From assembly GCA_038496445.1 (NCBI GenBank), contig JALMLS010000322.1, forward strand, positions 682,001 through 746,000: a stretch of DNA of 64,000 bases, in the 5' to 3' direction. Origin of the DNA: Trichosphaerium sp. ATCC 40318. Its lineage: Eukaryota; Protista; Tubulinea. Under the pieces are notes generated by a model. The model searched no databases and had not been told where the DNA came from. It saw only the letters and a list, made by a program, of their open reading frames with translations. Numbering within the stretch: position 1 is the first letter of the stretch; every line of letters begins with the position of its first letter. Made by a program: the position numbers and the translations under genes. This document shows positions 62,859-64,000 of this stretch, piece after piece.

Positions 62859-64000
62859 ACCGTAGAGTAACAAAACGAAAACTATTTCCAGTGTAATTAA
62901 AAATAAAGTGTATTATATCAAACATATTGATCAGACCAAGCACTCTTTTTAGACCACGTGACCTCGTAACTTCTATATTCCTTCTACTACAGTTTTGTTT
63001 TTGCAGAGTGGTATGAATGTGCCAGCGCTGGGAGCATTAGGGGAGAAAAACGTGGAACAACATCTGTTTTTAGTTTAAAAAAAGTAAACTTCTTATTACA
63101 ACCCGTGGATGGCACTAACGAATACTGTAACGAAGATAAGTAGCCTAGCAGGTTGTACAGGGTTGGCAGTGATAAACAATAATGGATAGGGTCGCCTGAC
63201 GTAAAACTACTTTCTCTTTAGTAACACCGCCGCTTGAAGCAAAAATGCCTGTGAAGTACTCCACTACGTATCCTTCTTCAATTAATGAGTAGCCGATTTA
63301 ATAGGTCAACGTAGTGCCGTATTATTCTGTAGAAACGCTAGAATGGTGTCTAAAGCGGTGTCAACAGACATACTTTGCAAGGTATATCTCAACTTCGCTA
63401 TTGTTTTTGAACGTTTCCTTTGTAACTGTACCATTCTAGGCCCTTTACAACTCCTCATGAGTTGGTGTCTTCTACTTAGCATAAAAAGATCCGTGTTGGT
63501 CCCGTGATAATTACTACTAAAACGAGCACAGTAAGGAAATTGGTAAAACCAAAGACATCCTGGTTTGTTTTTCGATCAAATTCAGAATTTATTTATTGTA
63601 ACAAAAAAAAACCAAAATTATTCTGGTCGCACAAACAAAGTTTTTTGACTTCGATGTACGTCATAGTAACAAAGTGGAGTGTACACTATTATTTTCCCTT
63701 TAGTTTTATCAAATGAAGGATGGAACTGGCCAAAAGGAGTTTTTGTTTTTCCGGAGACCTTGAAACACCTCTAAAGGGTATCCTAAACGCCTCATTTTAC
63801 AATATTGAATTGTTTTCTTTAGCAGAATTAGCAGAACACATAATTGTTTAAGATCTTTTTACTGATGCCTGGTAATATGTAGTACCAACGTACGTAATGT
63901 ATGAAATCGTTTCCCCAAAAAATAAATAAAGAGTGTACACTCTTTTTCTTAGAGCTCCCTTTCTCGCTCCTATTTTTGACACGTACGTAAAGTAGAAAAA

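Noticed and set aside
1-64000. Endogenous giant-virus insertion or Fanzor/TnpB/transposase locus
   Set aside because: No capsid, packaging ATPase, polB, primase, RuvC or DDE motifs were recognised; the virus-like genes are dispersed among ordinary intron-rich host genes.
1-64000. Alternative genetic code or stop-codon readthrough to explain fragmented ORFs
   Set aside because: In-frame stops fall inside GT-AG introns; spliced genes and long single exons read normally and end in TAA, TAG or TGA.

Overview
AT-rich, gene-dense, intron-rich eukaryotic nuclear DNA in the standard genetic code, with short GT-AG introns whose donors are often GTACGT or GTGCGT. A Dictyostelium-type 34 kDa actin-bundling protein, a non-fungal Zn2Cys6 factor and an HRDLAARN kinase suggest an amoebozoan-like protist (inference). 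About 26 genes or pseudogenes were spliced by eye, so boundaries are approximate and no database searches were run. Conventional genes include a CE2-type SGNH esterase, a Ras-family GTPase, a stefin, an Ariadne RBR ligase, a 14-3-3, a tyrosine-kinase-like kinase, F-box-LRR, F-box-NHL, C2 and Myb proteins, and a secreted leishmanolysin-like protease. Most notable: (1) a PARP zinc finger + catalytically degenerate uracil-DNA glycosylase + FHA + MIU fusion; (2) a spliced gene whose N-terminus resembles the SRA domain of bacterial modification-dependent restriction enzymes, fused to a SIM/NLS-rich acidic tail; (3) two paralogues made of about 65-aa Trp-rich repeats capped by a Vsr-like PD-(D/E)xK nuclease domain; (4) a stand-alone p300/CBP-type acetyltransferase; (5) a virus-like F-box-like/MORN-variant family present as intronless, intron-bearing and pseudogenised copies; (6) strong enrichment of the palindrome CACGTG, often inside introns; (7) a tRNA-like, poly(A)-tailed element flanked by a 13-bp direct repeat.
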